In this document: positions 10,725 to 20,395 of the stretch, one piece after another
How the letters are laid out: each line of letters begins with the position of its first letter
Numbering within the stretch: position 1 is the first letter of the stretch
Assembly (NCBI GenBank): GCA_003153775.1
Contig: PMBI01000043.1
Location: 33,851-97,850 of the forward strand
Length of the DNA stretch: 64,000 bases
Source of the DNA: Syntrophaceae bacterium
GTDB taxonomy: Bacteria; Desulfobacterota; Syntrophia; Syntrophales; UBA2185
Reading direction: 5' to 3'
Translations under genes and position numbers: made by a program
Notes under the pieces: model-generated
Database searches by the model: none
Told to the model about the DNA's origin: nothing
What the model saw: the letters and a program-made list of their open reading frames with translations, nothing else

Positions 10725-11174
10725 CTAAGACGATAATTTTTCCTTGACCTTTTCGCCGACCAGCTTGCCATCTGCCTTACCTGTTAATCTCTGCATGAGG
10801 ACCTTCATAACCTTCCCCATGTCTTTGATACCGATGGCGCCGACTTCTTTGATTGCCGTCTCAATTTCGCGGGCTACATCTTCTTCCGACATCTGCTGTG
10901 GCATGAATGCCTGTATGACTTTGAGCTCCGCCTCTTCCTTGTTGACCAGATCCTCTCTTCCGCCTTTTCTGAACTGGTCGATCGAGTCCTTTCTCTGCTT
11001 CACCATGGATGATAAGAGCTGCAGGAATTCCACCTCGCTTAATTTCCTCTTCAGGTCTATTTCCCTGTTATGCATAGCTGCCTTCACCATCCGTATGGCA
11101 GACAACCTTACCTGATCCTTTGCCTTCGCAGCCGCGATCATCTCACTGTTAACTTTCTCATCAATATTCATCAT
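10725..11174 (-). CDS. GatB/YqeY domain-containing protein
   Basis: This 149-aa protein has the typical YqeY pattern (MIAAAKAKD, RLSAIRMVKAA, KQRKDSIDQFRKGGREDLV, EAELKVIQAFMP). It sits upstream of dnaG, as in many genomes. Confidence 0.8.
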   Translation of the reverse strand: MMNIDEKVNSEMIAAAKAKDQVRLSAIRMVKAAMHNREIDLKRKLSEVEFLQLLSSMVKQRKDSIDQFRKGGREDLVNKEEAELKVIQAFMPQQMSEEDVAREIETAIKEVGAIGIKDMGKVMKVLMQRLTGKADGKLVGEKVKEKLSS

Positions 11175-11240
11175 GCCACCTGTATAACCTTAAACGTCAA
11201 TAATTTATGTCACATTGGCTGTTTGTCAAGATGTCTTCAA

Positions 11241-11585
11241 TCAGGCCAGCCCGTCCTTCAGCTTTTTCCCTCCCAAGACGTGCATGTGCAGGTGAAAAAT
11301 GACCTGCCCCCCATCTTCATTGCAGTTTATGACGACGCGAAATCCTCTTTCATCTATGCCTTTGATACGCGCCACCTCTTGCGCGGCAATGAACATGGAT
11401 CCTATGGAGTTCATATCTGCCTTCCTCACATCCATTAAGGCCGGGATATGGTTCCTGGGAATTATGACAACGTGAACAGGGGCCATAGGATGGATGTCGT
11501 CAAAGGCAACTGTATCCTCGTCTTCGTAAACCTTTTTGCTGGGTATCGTGCCATTTGCTATTTTGCAAAAAATGCAATCTTCCAT
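11241..11585 (-). CDS. HIT family (histidine triad) nucleotide-binding protein
   Basis: CIFCKI and the histidine triad HLHMHVLGG are present. The start is set at the ATG at 11585 (MEDCIFCKI), because the listed longer ORF would overlap hisA. Confidence 0.85.
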   Translation of the reverse strand: MEDCIFCKIANGTIPSKKVYEDEDTVAFDDIHPMAPVHVVIIPRNHIPALMDVRKADMNSIGSMFIAAQEVARIKGIDERGFRVVINCNEDGGQVIFHLHMHVLGGKKLKDGLA

Positions 11586-11686
11586 GACGTCATCCTTTCT
11601 CTTTGAATTGAACCTACCCGCCTGAACGGCGGGACTTTGAGAATGAAGATTCTGCAAATAGTCAAAAAGCGTCAGTTCCGCAGATA

Positions 11687-12412
11687 TCAATACTTTGAAA
11701 GGCTTATAGCTTCCTCAAGCGAAACGGCACCTGAATACAATGCTCGACCGATAATAACACCCATAACGCCGAACTTTTCTATTTCATGGAGTCTGTGGAT
11801 ATCTTCAACGCTTGAAACGCCTCCAGAGGCGATTACGGGTATACCGACTGACTGGGCGAGATCTCTGGTAGCCTCTATATTGACGCCCGTTCCCATGCCA
11901 TCCCTTTTGATGTCCGTATAGACAATTGCAGCCAGCCCATAGCCCTCATAACCTTTCGCTATATCAACCGCAGATTCTGAAGTCCGCTCCGTCCACCCCC
12001 GGATTGCCGCCTTCCCGTCATTCGCATCTATGCCGAGGATGATTCCGCCTTTATAAGCGTCACATGCCTCTCTGACGAAATCCTTATCCCGGAGAGCCAT
12101 CGTACCCAGGATCACCCACTTTACGCCCATACTTATATAGGCCTCGATGGTCTTCATGTCTCTTATGCCACCGCCGACCTCAATTGGCAAGCCGCATTCC
12201 TCGACGATGTCCCGGATCACGTCCGCATTCTTTGGTGAACCGGAAACTGAACCGTCAAGATCTACCACATGGATGCGCTCGGCGCCGTTCCCCCGCCATT
12301 TCTTGGCTATACCGACAGGGTCGTCGGAATATACGGTCACACGCCTGAAATCTCCCTGCTCAAGCCGCACACACCGGCCATCTTTCAAATCGATCGCCGG
12401 TATTATGATCAC
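11687..12412 (-). CDS. hisA: 1-(5-phosphoribosyl)-5-[(5-phosphoribosylamino)methylideneamino]imidazole-4-carboxamide isomerase
   Basis: MIIIPAIDLKDGRCVRLEQGDF, VVDLDG, GGGIR and GVIIGRALY are HisA TIM-barrel motifs. Confidence 0.9.
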   Translation of the reverse strand: MIIIPAIDLKDGRCVRLEQGDFRRVTVYSDDPVGIAKKWRGNGAERIHVVDLDGSVSGSPKNADVIRDIVEECGLPIEVGGGIRDMKTIEAYISMGVKWVILGTMALRDKDFVREACDAYKGGIILGIDANDGKAAIRGWTERTSESAVDIAKGYEGYGLAAIVYTDIKRDGMGTGVNIEATRDLAQSVGIPVIASGGVSSVEDIHRLHEIEKFGVMGVIIGRALYSGAVSLEEAISLSKY

Positions 12413-12500
12413 TTGCCTACTCCCAACCCGAATCTCTTAAACTTCCCGCCGTGAAAACTACCGCTGTATGCTTCCACACGAGATTCTCTATGAGTTTCCG

Positions 12501-13241
12501 TCATTCGTGCCGAACTCCGGGAAAATCCTTGAAAACCTCATCCATGCCCTCGGCAGCCAACTCTTTGGCCGTAACCCATTTTCCACCCTCTTTTATAAAA
12601 GAAGCTATTTGAAGAAGATTCTCCATAAGCGAGGCTTGTGTCTTATCAAAGATGCCTTTCCAGACGATGGTGCCGTCGCTCACCCTGATCAGGTGGATTT
12701 CAAAGGCCACGGATGCCGGCTTTTCAGCGGAATACGGGTATCCCTTCCTTTCCTTAAAACGGTATACGTAACCTAATATAATTCCATCCGCTTCCAATTC
12801 CGTGCCGACTTTTTTCAAGACAGCGAGGAGGTCCGCCTTAAAAAGGGCTCCCGCGACCCCTTCATAAACTCCTCCTACTCTGTCCGGCGGGATAATAGCA
12901 AACGCCTTCTCCTCTTTGAGGCGATCAAGAAACAGGCCTTCGACAACGGTCTCTGAACCCTTGGCATAGCTTTCCGTCCTGAACACCAGTCCGCACACAG
13001 GACATCGCACCGTATTAACATCCGCATCTTCCTGGCGGATTGCCTGGAAAGGGACGACAGCGATGCGCTTAAAGACAACCTTCCCGTCATCTTTAAGAGT
13101 AGTGGATACGCCGCTCGCTCGCTGGCAGCCGCAAAGGATGCAAAGAATGAAAAATAAAAGGAGAAACCGGGCAAACCGAACTAAAATATTGAACGAATCT
13201 CTGTGGATGTTACCACCTCCTCTGCGGAGACTGTTGATCAC
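12501..13241 (-). CDS. hypothetical lipoprotein embedded in the his cluster
   Basis: It has a signal peptide with the lipobox LCGC. I recognise no catalytic family. Its ATG overlaps the hisB stop (ATGA at 13238-13241), which suggests co-translation with the his genes. Confidence 0.6.
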   Translation of the reverse strand: MINSLRRGGGNIHRDSFNILVRFARFLLLFFILCILCGCQRASGVSTTLKDDGKVVFKRIAVVPFQAIRQEDADVNTVRCPVCGLVFRTESYAKGSETVVEGLFLDRLKEEKAFAIIPPDRVGGVYEGVAGALFKADLLAVLKKVGTELEADGIILGYVYRFKERKGYPYSAEKPASVAFEIHLIRVSDGTIVWKGIFDKTQASLMENLLQIASFIKEGGKWVTAKELAAEGMDEVFKDFPGVRHE

Positions 13242-13843
13242 AGACTTCCTTTAGTGGATAAGATGCCTTCTATGCGGCCGTGAATGGTCGCTGCTTTTCT
13301 CAAGGCGAGGGCAAAGGCTTTGAAAATCGCCTCGGCTATATGGTGGTTATTCCTACCATAAAGAAGGTTAATATGCAAGGTTATTCCGCTATGATCCGAA
13401 AAGGACTTAAAAAATTCCCTTAATAGCGAGTAGTCGAACTTGTCACTCTTCTTGCCCTTGAATTCCACATTATAAATCAAATAGGGCCTTCCGGAAATAT
13501 CCATGACCACACTGCACAAACTCTCATCCATGGGAATCATGGCTGATCCGTAACGTTGTATGCCCTTCTTGTCACCCAGAGCTTTCTTCACGGCATCACC
13601 GAGGCAAATACCTATGTCCTCAACTAAATGATGATCATCAACTTGCGTATCGCCGCGGCCCCTGATGGTGAGATGGATGAGGCCGTGCCGGGCGAAGAGG
13701 TTGAGCATGTGATCCATAAACGCCACAGTCGTCGATATCTTTCCTTCTCCTGTACCGTCGAGATTGATCTCTATTGTTACTTCCGTCTCCGTTGTTTTCC
13801 TGTAAATTTTAGCCTTGCGTGCCATATCAATTGTACCTTTCAA
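13238..13843 (-). CDS. hisB: imidazoleglycerol-phosphate dehydratase
   Basis: RKTTETEVTIEINLDGTG, DHHLVEDIGICLG and NNHHIAEAIFKAFA are IGPD metal-binding motifs. An alternative start at MARKAK lies 18 nt downstream. Confidence 0.92.
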   Translation of the reverse strand: MKGTIDMARKAKIYRKTTETEVTIEINLDGTGEGKISTTVAFMDHMLNLFARHGLIHLTIRGRGDTQVDDHHLVEDIGICLGDAVKKALGDKKGIQRYGSAMIPMDESLCSVVMDISGRPYLIYNVEFKGKKSDKFDYSLLREFFKSFSDHSGITLHINLLYGRNNHHIAEAIFKAFALALRKAATIHGRIEGILSTKGSL

Positions 13844-14712
13844 ACAACCTTATTCAAGGGATATTCAATGATGCCTTCGGCCCCGGCTTCTTTAAGCAGG
13901 GGAATCAATTCCCGGACTACATTCCCGTCCACTATTGTTTCCACAGCATACCAGTCATTCGAGTACAGTCCTGATATGGTGGGCGCCTTCAGCGCGGGGA
14001 GCAGGAGAACAACCCTCCCGAGATTCTCCTTGGATACATTCAGCTTCAAGCCCACCTTCCCCATCGCCAAGAGTGAGCCGTTCAGCAGCGTCCTTATTTG
14101 CTCTATCTTCTTGCGCTTCCAGGGATCCTCCCATGCGGCAGGATTGGCAATGAGCTTCGTATTGGTTTTCATCAGCTCATGCACGATCCTCAACTTGTTA
14201 GCCTTAAGCGTCGTTCCCGTTTCAGTTACCTCCACGATGGCATCTACGAGGCCTTCAACACATTTCGCCTCCGTTGCGCCCCAGGAAAACTCGACATGAA
14301 CATTGACGTTCTTCTCCCTGAAATACCTTTCCGTGAACCGTACCAATTCCGTCGAGATTTTTTTTCCTTCCATGTCCCCGATGGTCTGCACAAGAGAATC
14401 ATCTCTCACTACCAGAACCCACCTCGCCTGCCTTGCCGATGCCTTCGAATATATCAGATCCTGCACCTCGATGACATTCGATTCATTTTCGATGATCCAG
14501 TCCTTGCCGGTCAACCCGAGATCCAGAGTTCCATCCTCGACGTATCTTGACATCTCCTGCGCCCTCACGAGTGTGCAGGAGATGTCGTCGTCGTCTATCT
14601 CCGGGAAATAACTCCTCTCATCATATGTAATGCGCCAGCCTGCCATTTTAAAGAGGTCTATAGTCTTGACCTCCAGGCTTCCTTTCGGTATCCCCAGTTT
14701 TAATTTCTTCAT
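13840..14712 (-). CDS. hisG: ATP phosphoribosyltransferase, long form
   Basis: [19 protein letters not shown] and [13 protein letters not shown] are present, plus a C-terminal regulatory domain. At 290 aa it is the long form and needs no HisZ. Confidence 0.9.
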   Translation of the reverse strand: MKKLKLGIPKGSLEVKTIDLFKMAGWRITYDERSYFPEIDDDDISCTLVRAQEMSRYVEDGTLDLGLTGKDWIIENESNVIEVQDLIYSKASARQARWVLVVRDDSLVQTIGDMEGKKISTELVRFTERYFREKNVNVHVEFSWGATEAKCVEGLVDAIVEVTETGTTLKANKLRIVHELMKTNTKLIANPAAWEDPWKRKKIEQIRTLLNGSLLAMGKVGLKLNVSKENLGRVVLLLPALKAPTISGLYSNDWYAVETIVDGNVVRELIPLLKEAGAEGIIEYPLNKVV

Positions 14713-15083
14713 TTATAGACATCCTCCGGTTTGAATATCCGTTCCCCGATAACCTCCGTTTTTCCATCAACGACTCTTCTGAAAAAGCACGATCTGTAGC
14801 CCGTATGACAGGCGGCGCCGCCTGCTTGTCTGACTTTCAGAAGAACCGTATCAGAATCACAGTCAACAAAAACTTCTTCGACATGCTGAATATGCCCGGA
14901 TGTCTCACCTTTGACCCAGAGTTCATTTCTCGACCTGCTCCAGTATGTCGCCTTGCCCGTTTCACGCGTTTTAAGCCAGGCGTCCCGATTCATGTAGGCG
15001 AGCATGAGAACCTCTCCTGTTTCAGCGTCCTGAACTACCACAGGTACAAGTCCGCTCCCTTTTTCAAAATCAATTTCGATCAC
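14709..15083 (-). CDS. hisI: phosphoribosyl-AMP cyclohydrolase
   Basis: [28 protein letters not shown] and DCD.D..L..V...G.ACHTG are HisI motifs. The start is GTG with a GGAG RBS. Confidence 0.9.
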   Translation of the reverse strand: MIEIDFEKGSGLVPVVVQDAETGEVLMLAYMNRDAWLKTRETGKATYWSRSRNELWVKGETSGHIQHVEEVFVDCDSDTVLLKVRQAGGAACHTGYRSCFFRRVVDGKTEVIGERIFKPEDVYK

Positions 15084-15530
15084 TGGTCAATCTCCGTTTC
15101 CGCCAGTCTACATGCGGATTACGCGTAGAGAGGCGTTAGGCAATTATTCTGAAAACCCTACCCTTTATATCCCTTCTCCGCTCCGTGAAAAAGTCTTTGC
15201 TCGCAGCTCCCGCCGAGGCCGAGGCCTGACCTCACGATGATGAGGCATAAATTTGCAATGGTCCCTATGCATAACTTTTTTAATTAATTGAAGAATTTAT
15301 TTTAATCAAGCATTATTTTCCCGTCCATCCGGCCGAGGACCGACATTATACTCTGCCTTGTGGAGCGAAAAGGCGCAAAAGAGACACATTAATTACCCTG
15401 CAGGCCCCCGGCAGGACGGCGTATGCACGCGCTGCAAATTGGAAAAGGGGAAAACCGACATTGCTATTGTATAGTCGCGATTCCCGACTGAGGGAGGCGG
15501 GAAAAAGCCATTTTGAGCAGCGACTCGCCC

Positions 15531-15559
15531 TTGACATATAACACCCTTTCTCTTATACT
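15531..15559 (+). promoter_or_regulatory. sigma70-type promoter for the MinD-like operon
   Basis: The -35 is TTGACA (15531-15536), the spacer is 17 nt, and the -10 is TATACT (15554-15559). It lies ~35 nt upstream of the first start codon. Confidence 0.55.
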
Positions 15560-15592
15560 TCGGCCATCTGACGAAGATTGCTGAGAAAAACT

Positions 15593-16519
15593 ATGCCTAA
15601 CATATGGTCTATAGGAGGTGGGAAGGGAGGCTCCGGCAAGAGTTTTATTACCGGCAATCTCGGTATTCTGCTTGCGAAGGGAGGTTATAAAACCCTTCTG
15701 GTTGATCTTGACCTCGGGGCAGCCAATCTCCACACCATTATCGGTCTTCCCCTGCCTGAAAAAAGCATCTCTGATTTCTTAAACAAGAAGGTAGGCACCC
15801 TTCAGGAGACAGTCGAGCCCACGCCTGTTCCAAACCTCTATCTCATCAGCGGCGCCATGAATAATCTGGACATCGCCAATCTTGCCCACGAACAAAAATT
15901 GAAGATCATTCGAAACATTCCCAAGCTCCCTTATGACTACATCCTCCTGGATCTCGGCGCGGGAACCTCTTTTAACACTATCGATTTCTTTATGATCTCT
16001 GCCTTGGGCATCTTTGTGACGACGCCCGAACCGACCTCCATAGAAAATATTTACCGTCTGATTCGGTCCGTTTATTTTCGGAAAATACGTCAAGTCCTGA
16101 GCAGCCATAATTTCCGGACACTGGCCGAGGAAGCCCAGGAGCGGGACGCGAGGGCCACGGTAAGCAACCCGGACATTCTACTCTACATCATGAAAGAACT
16201 GGACCCCGAGAAGGGTGAAATCCTGGAAAACGAATTGCGGACTTTCAATTTCAAGCTGGCCCTCAATCAGTTAAGAAAGCAGGATAACCCGAATATTGGA
16301 GCATTGATCTGCAAAATTATCCAAAGACACCTCGCCCTGAAGATGCATTTTCTCGGAAACATCAGCTTTGATGAACGGGTTCACAACGCCGTCTGCAAGA
16401 AGATGCCTTTCCTCGATCTCTACCCCTATACTCAGACGACTCTTGATCTCAGAACTTGCCACAAGAACCTCCTGACTATAGATGAAGCAGAACCGATCCT
16501 GCAAAATGCCGTTGATTAG
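15593..16519 (+). CDS. MinD/ParA-family P-loop ATPase
   Basis: The deviant Walker A GGGKGGSGKS and the motif LLVDLDLGAANLH are present. The ATG is at 15593, and the ORF track starts at a TTG at 15578. Confidence 0.8.
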   Translation: MPNIWSIGGGKGGSGKSFITGNLGILLAKGGYKTLLVDLDLGAANLHTIIGLPLPEKSISDFLNKKVGTLQETVEPTPVPNLYLISGAMNNLDIANLAHEQKLKIIRNIPKLPYDYILLDLGAGTSFNTIDFFMISALGIFVTTPEPTSIENIYRLIRSVYFRKIRQVLSSHNFRTLAEEAQERDARATVSNPDILLYIMKELDPEKGEILENELRTFNFKLALNQLRKQDNPNIGALICKIIQRHLALKMHFLGNISFDERVHNAVCKKMPFLDLYPYTQTTLDLRTCHKNLLTIDEAEPILQNAVD

Positions 16520-16535
16520 AAATTTTTAGAGGATC

Positions 16536-17198
16536 GTGCAAGGTAAAATGAAACCATTCCGCGAACAGAATTACTATGAGCTCCTGGAAATCCTTCCCGA
16601 TGCATCGCCGTTGGAGATACGGCGCGCTTACAAGAGGGTGTTTGAACTTTATCAGGACGAATCTATTGTAAGTTACTCTTTTTTTTCAAAGGAGGAAAGG
16701 GAAGAGATTCTTTCACTCTTGGAAAAGGCGTATCTGGCCCTGATTGACCTTGAATCCAGGGTACAGTATGATCGCCGGCTCATTGAACTCGGATTGATGG
16801 ATAGGGATGGGCAATACAGCAACAAAATGAAAGAGCCGATACCCATATATGATTTCAAGAAAGTCCATTTTGACGTGTTTGAACCTGACAGAAGACTTGA
16901 TGATCTGAAAGAACGGGTTTCACAAAACGCGATTATACAAGGAATCCTGGCCCAGGATATACTTACCGGGGCGGACCTCCACAAGATAAGAACGGAATTG
17001 GACATTCCTCTTGAGGAAATTGCGGATAGCACTAAAGTGCAAATAGGCATGCTTCGGGCAATAGAAGAGGACAACCTGGAAAATTTCCCTCCTGCGGTTT
17101 ACCTGAAAGGTTTCCTTAAATCATATGCGCGGTATCTGCAGATTGATGAGAGCGTCGTCGTCAATGGTTTTATCAAACGCATAGGAGAGGGGAAATAA
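16536..17198 (+). CDS. J-like domain (no HPD) + RodZ-type helix-turn-helix protein
   Basis: The N-terminus, NYYELLEI..ASPLEIRRAYKRVFELYQDES, resembles a J domain, but HPD is replaced by QDE. The C-terminus, LHKIRTELDIPLEEIADSTKVQIGMLRAIEEDN...YLKGFLKSYARYL, resembles the RodZ N-terminal HTH. An alternative ATG is at 16548. Confidence 0.6.
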   Translation: MQGKMKPFREQNYYELLEILPDASPLEIRRAYKRVFELYQDESIVSYSFFSKEEREEILSLLEKAYLALIDLESRVQYDRRLIELGLMDRDGQYSNKMKEPIPIYDFKKVHFDVFEPDRRLDDLKERVSQNAIIQGILAQDILTGADLHKIRTELDIPLEEIADSTKVQIGMLRAIEEDNLENFPPAVYLKGFLKSYARYLQIDESVVVNGFIKRIGEGK

Positions 17199-17202
17199 TT
17201 TT

Positions 17203-17988
17203 TTGGAAAAAGGGGACCAGAAAGAGGTTGAACTCGAAGAAGAACTGGACGTCCTTTATCGGAAGGTCTCAAGTCGCGATCAATCGGAGGAGGTCTCTTA
17301 TGCTCCGCAACAAGTGAAAACTGAAGCGATGGCGACTGAAGAACCAGGACTTCACTCGGGGGCTGGAAAATGGACCATGCAGAGGAGCGAGGAGCGCAGC
17401 TTTCGCCCTTTCCGCATCGCCTTCACATTGTTGCCTGTTCTCATTCTCGGCCTGATTACCGTCTTTTACTGGCCGGTAATTTACCATTACGATGCACTGA
17501 CCTTTGAAGGGAAGGCCTATCCGCTCAGGATTAACAGGCTCACGGGAGAAGCAGCATATTTTGATGGAGCCGAATGGTTGCGGCCCCCTATTCCGGCGGA
17601 GGTAAAAAGCGCCGTCCCGGAAACACAGATAGCCCAATTACCGGCAGTATTACCCCCTGAGATAATTCAGGACAAACCCCATACTGATGTCCCACCAGCC
17701 GCACCTGCACCGTCAAACACTCGCAGTGAACTGAAATACGCGATTCAGATAAAGGCCTTTCCTGAAAATAAGAAAGACGCGGCAGCGGGATTCGTGGACG
17801 ATATAAAAAAGGAGCTGCCCGATGTTCGTATGGAGACAGTCCATATCCCGGGGCGGGGAACTTGGCACAGGATATTGCTTGGAAATTTTTCGACCATGGA
17901 AGAGGCTGCGCGCTACATGAAGGAAACCAGGATTCCCCGTGCATTCCGTGATAGCTTTGTCCAGAAGAAATCTGCGGGTGAATCCTGA
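17203..17988 (+). CDS. membrane-anchored SPOR domain protein
   Basis: It has a single TM segment (FRIAFTLLPVLILGLITVFYW), a Pro-rich linker and a C-terminal SPOR-like domain (YAIQIKAFPENKKDAAAGFV...WHRILLGNFSTMEEAARY). The start codon is TTG. Confidence 0.7.
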   Translation: MEKGDQKEVELEEELDVLYRKVSSRDQSEEVSYAPQQVKTEAMATEEPGLHSGAGKWTMQRSEERSFRPFRIAFTLLPVLILGLITVFYWPVIYHYDALTFEGKAYPLRINRLTGEAAYFDGAEWLRPPIPAEVKSAVPETQIAQLPAVLPPEIIQDKPHTDVPPAAPAPSNTRSELKYAIQIKAFPENKKDAAAGFVDDIKKELPDVRMETVHIPGRGTWHRILLGNFSTMEEAARYMKETRIPRAFRDSFVQKKSAGES

Positions 17989-18003
17989 TCTATCGCGTCA
18001 CGC

Positions 18004-18783
18004 TCAGACGCATTTTAAAAAAGAGGCGTGCTTCTCAATCATATCTACGATCCCAGCGCTGTTTCCCTGACAGATCATGCTTTTCAGTTGAGCTACGTTT
18101 CGTTCGTATGCATCTACATGCCGATGAATATCGGGATTCATGGTTAAGATGTCGGCATAGAGTCCGGGATTTTGACAAAACACCCTTACCATGATTTCCA
18201 TCTTCTCCCGGAAGATCGGAGTGGAGAACGTCATTAACTCTGGAAGGCTCACCCCGGCCTCGCTCAAGATCAGACCCATCATGATTGTATTGAAATGATT
18301 GAGCCCCTGGACGACGGCCATCATTTGGTCATGCTTCTCCGGCGTCGCTTCCACCACCAGGGCGCCTTTCTTCTGAAAGACGTCCGTGAGCCAGGGAAGC
18401 CACTTCCCTGCCCTCGCGGGACAGAGAACAACATGCTGCCCTGTGATGGAATCAACCCCCGGGCCGAAGAGGGGATGGCATCCGATCACTGCGGAAGCGG
18501 ATGTTTCCAACATGGACCTGACGGAATCCCGCTTCAGAGACGTGAGATCCATGAGAAGAGAAGCCGCGGGCATATGCGGACCGACCTTTGCAATAACATT
18601 GCCGGTCGTCCCCATGGGAACACTCACGACTACCACGTCACATATATCGGCCATTTCTGCGATGTCCGCTTTAAGCACATTACTTCCGCACACACTTACG
18701 GTATATCCCTCCTTCTCGAGGAAGCGGGCAAACCAATGGCCCATACCGCGGGTACCGCCGATGATACCTATCCTGGTCTTCAT
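18004..18783 (-). CDS. tyrA: prephenate dehydrogenase
   Basis: The N-terminal Rossmann fold is IGIIGGTRGMGHWFARFL. HPLFGP and the C-terminal helical domain are typical of the family. It is the last gene of the aro operon. Confidence 0.8.
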   Translation of the reverse strand: MKTRIGIIGGTRGMGHWFARFLEKEGYTVSVCGSNVLKADIAEMADICDVVVVSVPMGTTGNVIAKVGPHMPAASLLMDLTSLKRDSVRSMLETSASAVIGCHPLFGPGVDSITGQHVVLCPARAGKWLPWLTDVFQKKGALVVEATPEKHDQMMAVVQGLNHFNTIMMGLILSEAGVSLPELMTFSTPIFREKMEIMVRVFCQNPGLYADILTMNPDIHRHVDAYERNVAQLKSMICQGNSAGIVDMIEKHASFLKCV

Positions 18784-19853
18784 CGAATCGCCTTATGCCT
18801 CAATAAATGATCCGCCAACACAATCGCCACCATGGCCTCGCACACAGGAATAATCCGGGGTAGTGCCGATACGTCGTGCCTTCCCTTGAGCGACAATTCC
18901 ACGCGATTTCCCCGGACATCGATGGTCTGTTGAACCTTCGCTATCGAAGGGATTGGCTTTGCCGCCACCCGTAAGACTATATCCTGGCCTGTCGTGATGC
19001 CGGCCAGTATGCCGCCCGCATGATTAGAAAGGAAACCATCGGGCGCTATGGGATCATTTGCCTGAGACCCCGTCATCCCGGCAGCCTCAAAGCCGGCTCC
19101 TATCTCCACGCCCTTCACCGTCCCGATACTCATGAGCGCCTTCGCAAGGTCGGCATCCATCTTGTCAAACACCGGTTCTCCCAGACCGGGAGGGCATCCT
19201 CTCACGATTATTTCCACAATGCCGCCTATGGAATCGCCGGAGCGCCGAGCTTCTTCCAGTTTCTCTTCCATAACCCTTGCGACGTCAGGATCAGGGCACA
19301 GCAGGCGATTTACCGCTATATCTTCATGAGAGATTGTTCCGGGTTTATACTTCTTTCGATCTATGACAATCCCTCCCAGCGCCTCTGTATAGGCAATGAT
19401 TGCCACACCCGCCCGTGAAATAATTTTTTGCGCAATTGCCCCTGAAGCCACGCGAGCTGCCGTTTCCCGGCCCGACGCACGTCCGCCGCCCCGGTAGTCG
19501 CGGATCCCGTACTTCTTGAAATAGGTAAAATCACCATGCCCCGGCCTGAAAATGTCCTTTATGTCTTCATAGACGCTGCTGTCAACGTTCATGTTCTCTA
19601 TAATGAGAGAGATGGGCGTGCCCGTGGTTTTTCCCTGAAAAGTCCCGGATAGTATTTTAACTATATCATCTTCCTTTCGCGGCGAACTTGAGGCGATCCT
19701 GCCCGGTCTTCTCCTGTTGAGCCATGTCTGAATGTCTTCTTCCTCAAGGTCGATGCCGGGAGGACATCCTTCCACAACTGCGCCGGTTGCGGGACCGTGT
19801 GATTCACCCCAGGTTGTCACTCTAAAGAGGACGCCTATGGAATTTCCTGACAT
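18780..19853 (-). CDS. aroC: chorismate synthase
   Basis: FRVTTWGESHG, RRPGR, SGRETAARVA and GGILAGITTG are AroC signatures. Confidence 0.93.
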   Translation of the reverse strand: MSGNSIGVLFRVTTWGESHGPATGAVVEGCPPGIDLEEEDIQTWLNRRRPGRIASSSPRKEDDIVKILSGTFQGKTTGTPISLIIENMNVDSSVYEDIKDIFRPGHGDFTYFKKYGIRDYRGGGRASGRETAARVASGAIAQKIISRAGVAIIAYTEALGGIVIDRKKYKPGTISHEDIAVNRLLCPDPDVARVMEEKLEEARRSGDSIGGIVEIIVRGCPPGLGEPVFDKMDADLAKALMSIGTVKGVEIGAGFEAAGMTGSQANDPIAPDGFLSNHAGGILAGITTGQDIVLRVAAKPIPSIAKVQQTIDVRGNRVELSLKGRHDVSALPRIIPVCEAMVAIVLADHLLRHKAIR

Positions 19854-20395
19854 GTTGACTCCTTCTTCACAAATGCGTCTGTGACGTTCAGAAATTCACA
19901 GACAGCGTTGACTGTTTCATCTATGTTCTTACCCGTCGTATCCAATGAAAAATCCGCGATCCCCCTGTATACCGGTATCCGATGTTTGAGGATATCTTCT
20001 GTCTCCCGAACGATATCATCATGCAAAAGGGAAGGCCTCCGTTCTTTGCTTGCGGCATCGTCCCTAATTCTTTCAACCATCGTCATCACATCAGCCCTAA
20101 GCCAGATCAACAAACCATGCCTCTTAAGAATATCGCAATTGCCGTCATCCATGACCGCCCCTCCACCCGTCGCTACAACGCCTCTTTGCAAAAGAACCAG
20201 TTTCCGGACAATCTCACTCTCCCTCTTCCGGAAATATGCCCAGCCTTTTTCCGCCACCATATCCCGGATCGAGATCCCCGTCTCTCGTTCGACAAGCTCA
20301 TCAGTATCATAGAACGGCAGACGCAGCTTATCAGCGAGCCTTTTTCCCACGGCCGATTTACCCGCTCCACGGTATCCAATCAATACGATGTGCAT
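19835..20395 (-). CDS. aroK: shikimate kinase
   Basis: It has the Walker A motif LIGYRGAGKSAVG, then FYDTD and VATGGG. Confidence 0.9.
   Translation of the reverse strand: MHIVLIGYRGAGKSAVGKRLADKLRLPFYDTDELVERETGISIRDMVAEKGWAYFRKRESEIVRKLVLLQRGVVATGGGAVMDDGNCDILKRHGLLIWLRADVMTMVERIRDDAASKERRPSLLHDDIVRETEDILKHRIPVYRGIADFSLDTTGKNIDETVNAVCEFLNVTDAFVKKESTCQEIP

Noticed and set aside
15200-15290. A possible his leader peptide on the minus strand (MPHHREV..., 26 codons) upstream of hisI.
   Set aside because: It has only two His codons, no adjacent terminator/antiterminator structure and no RBS. The evidence for attenuation is insufficient.
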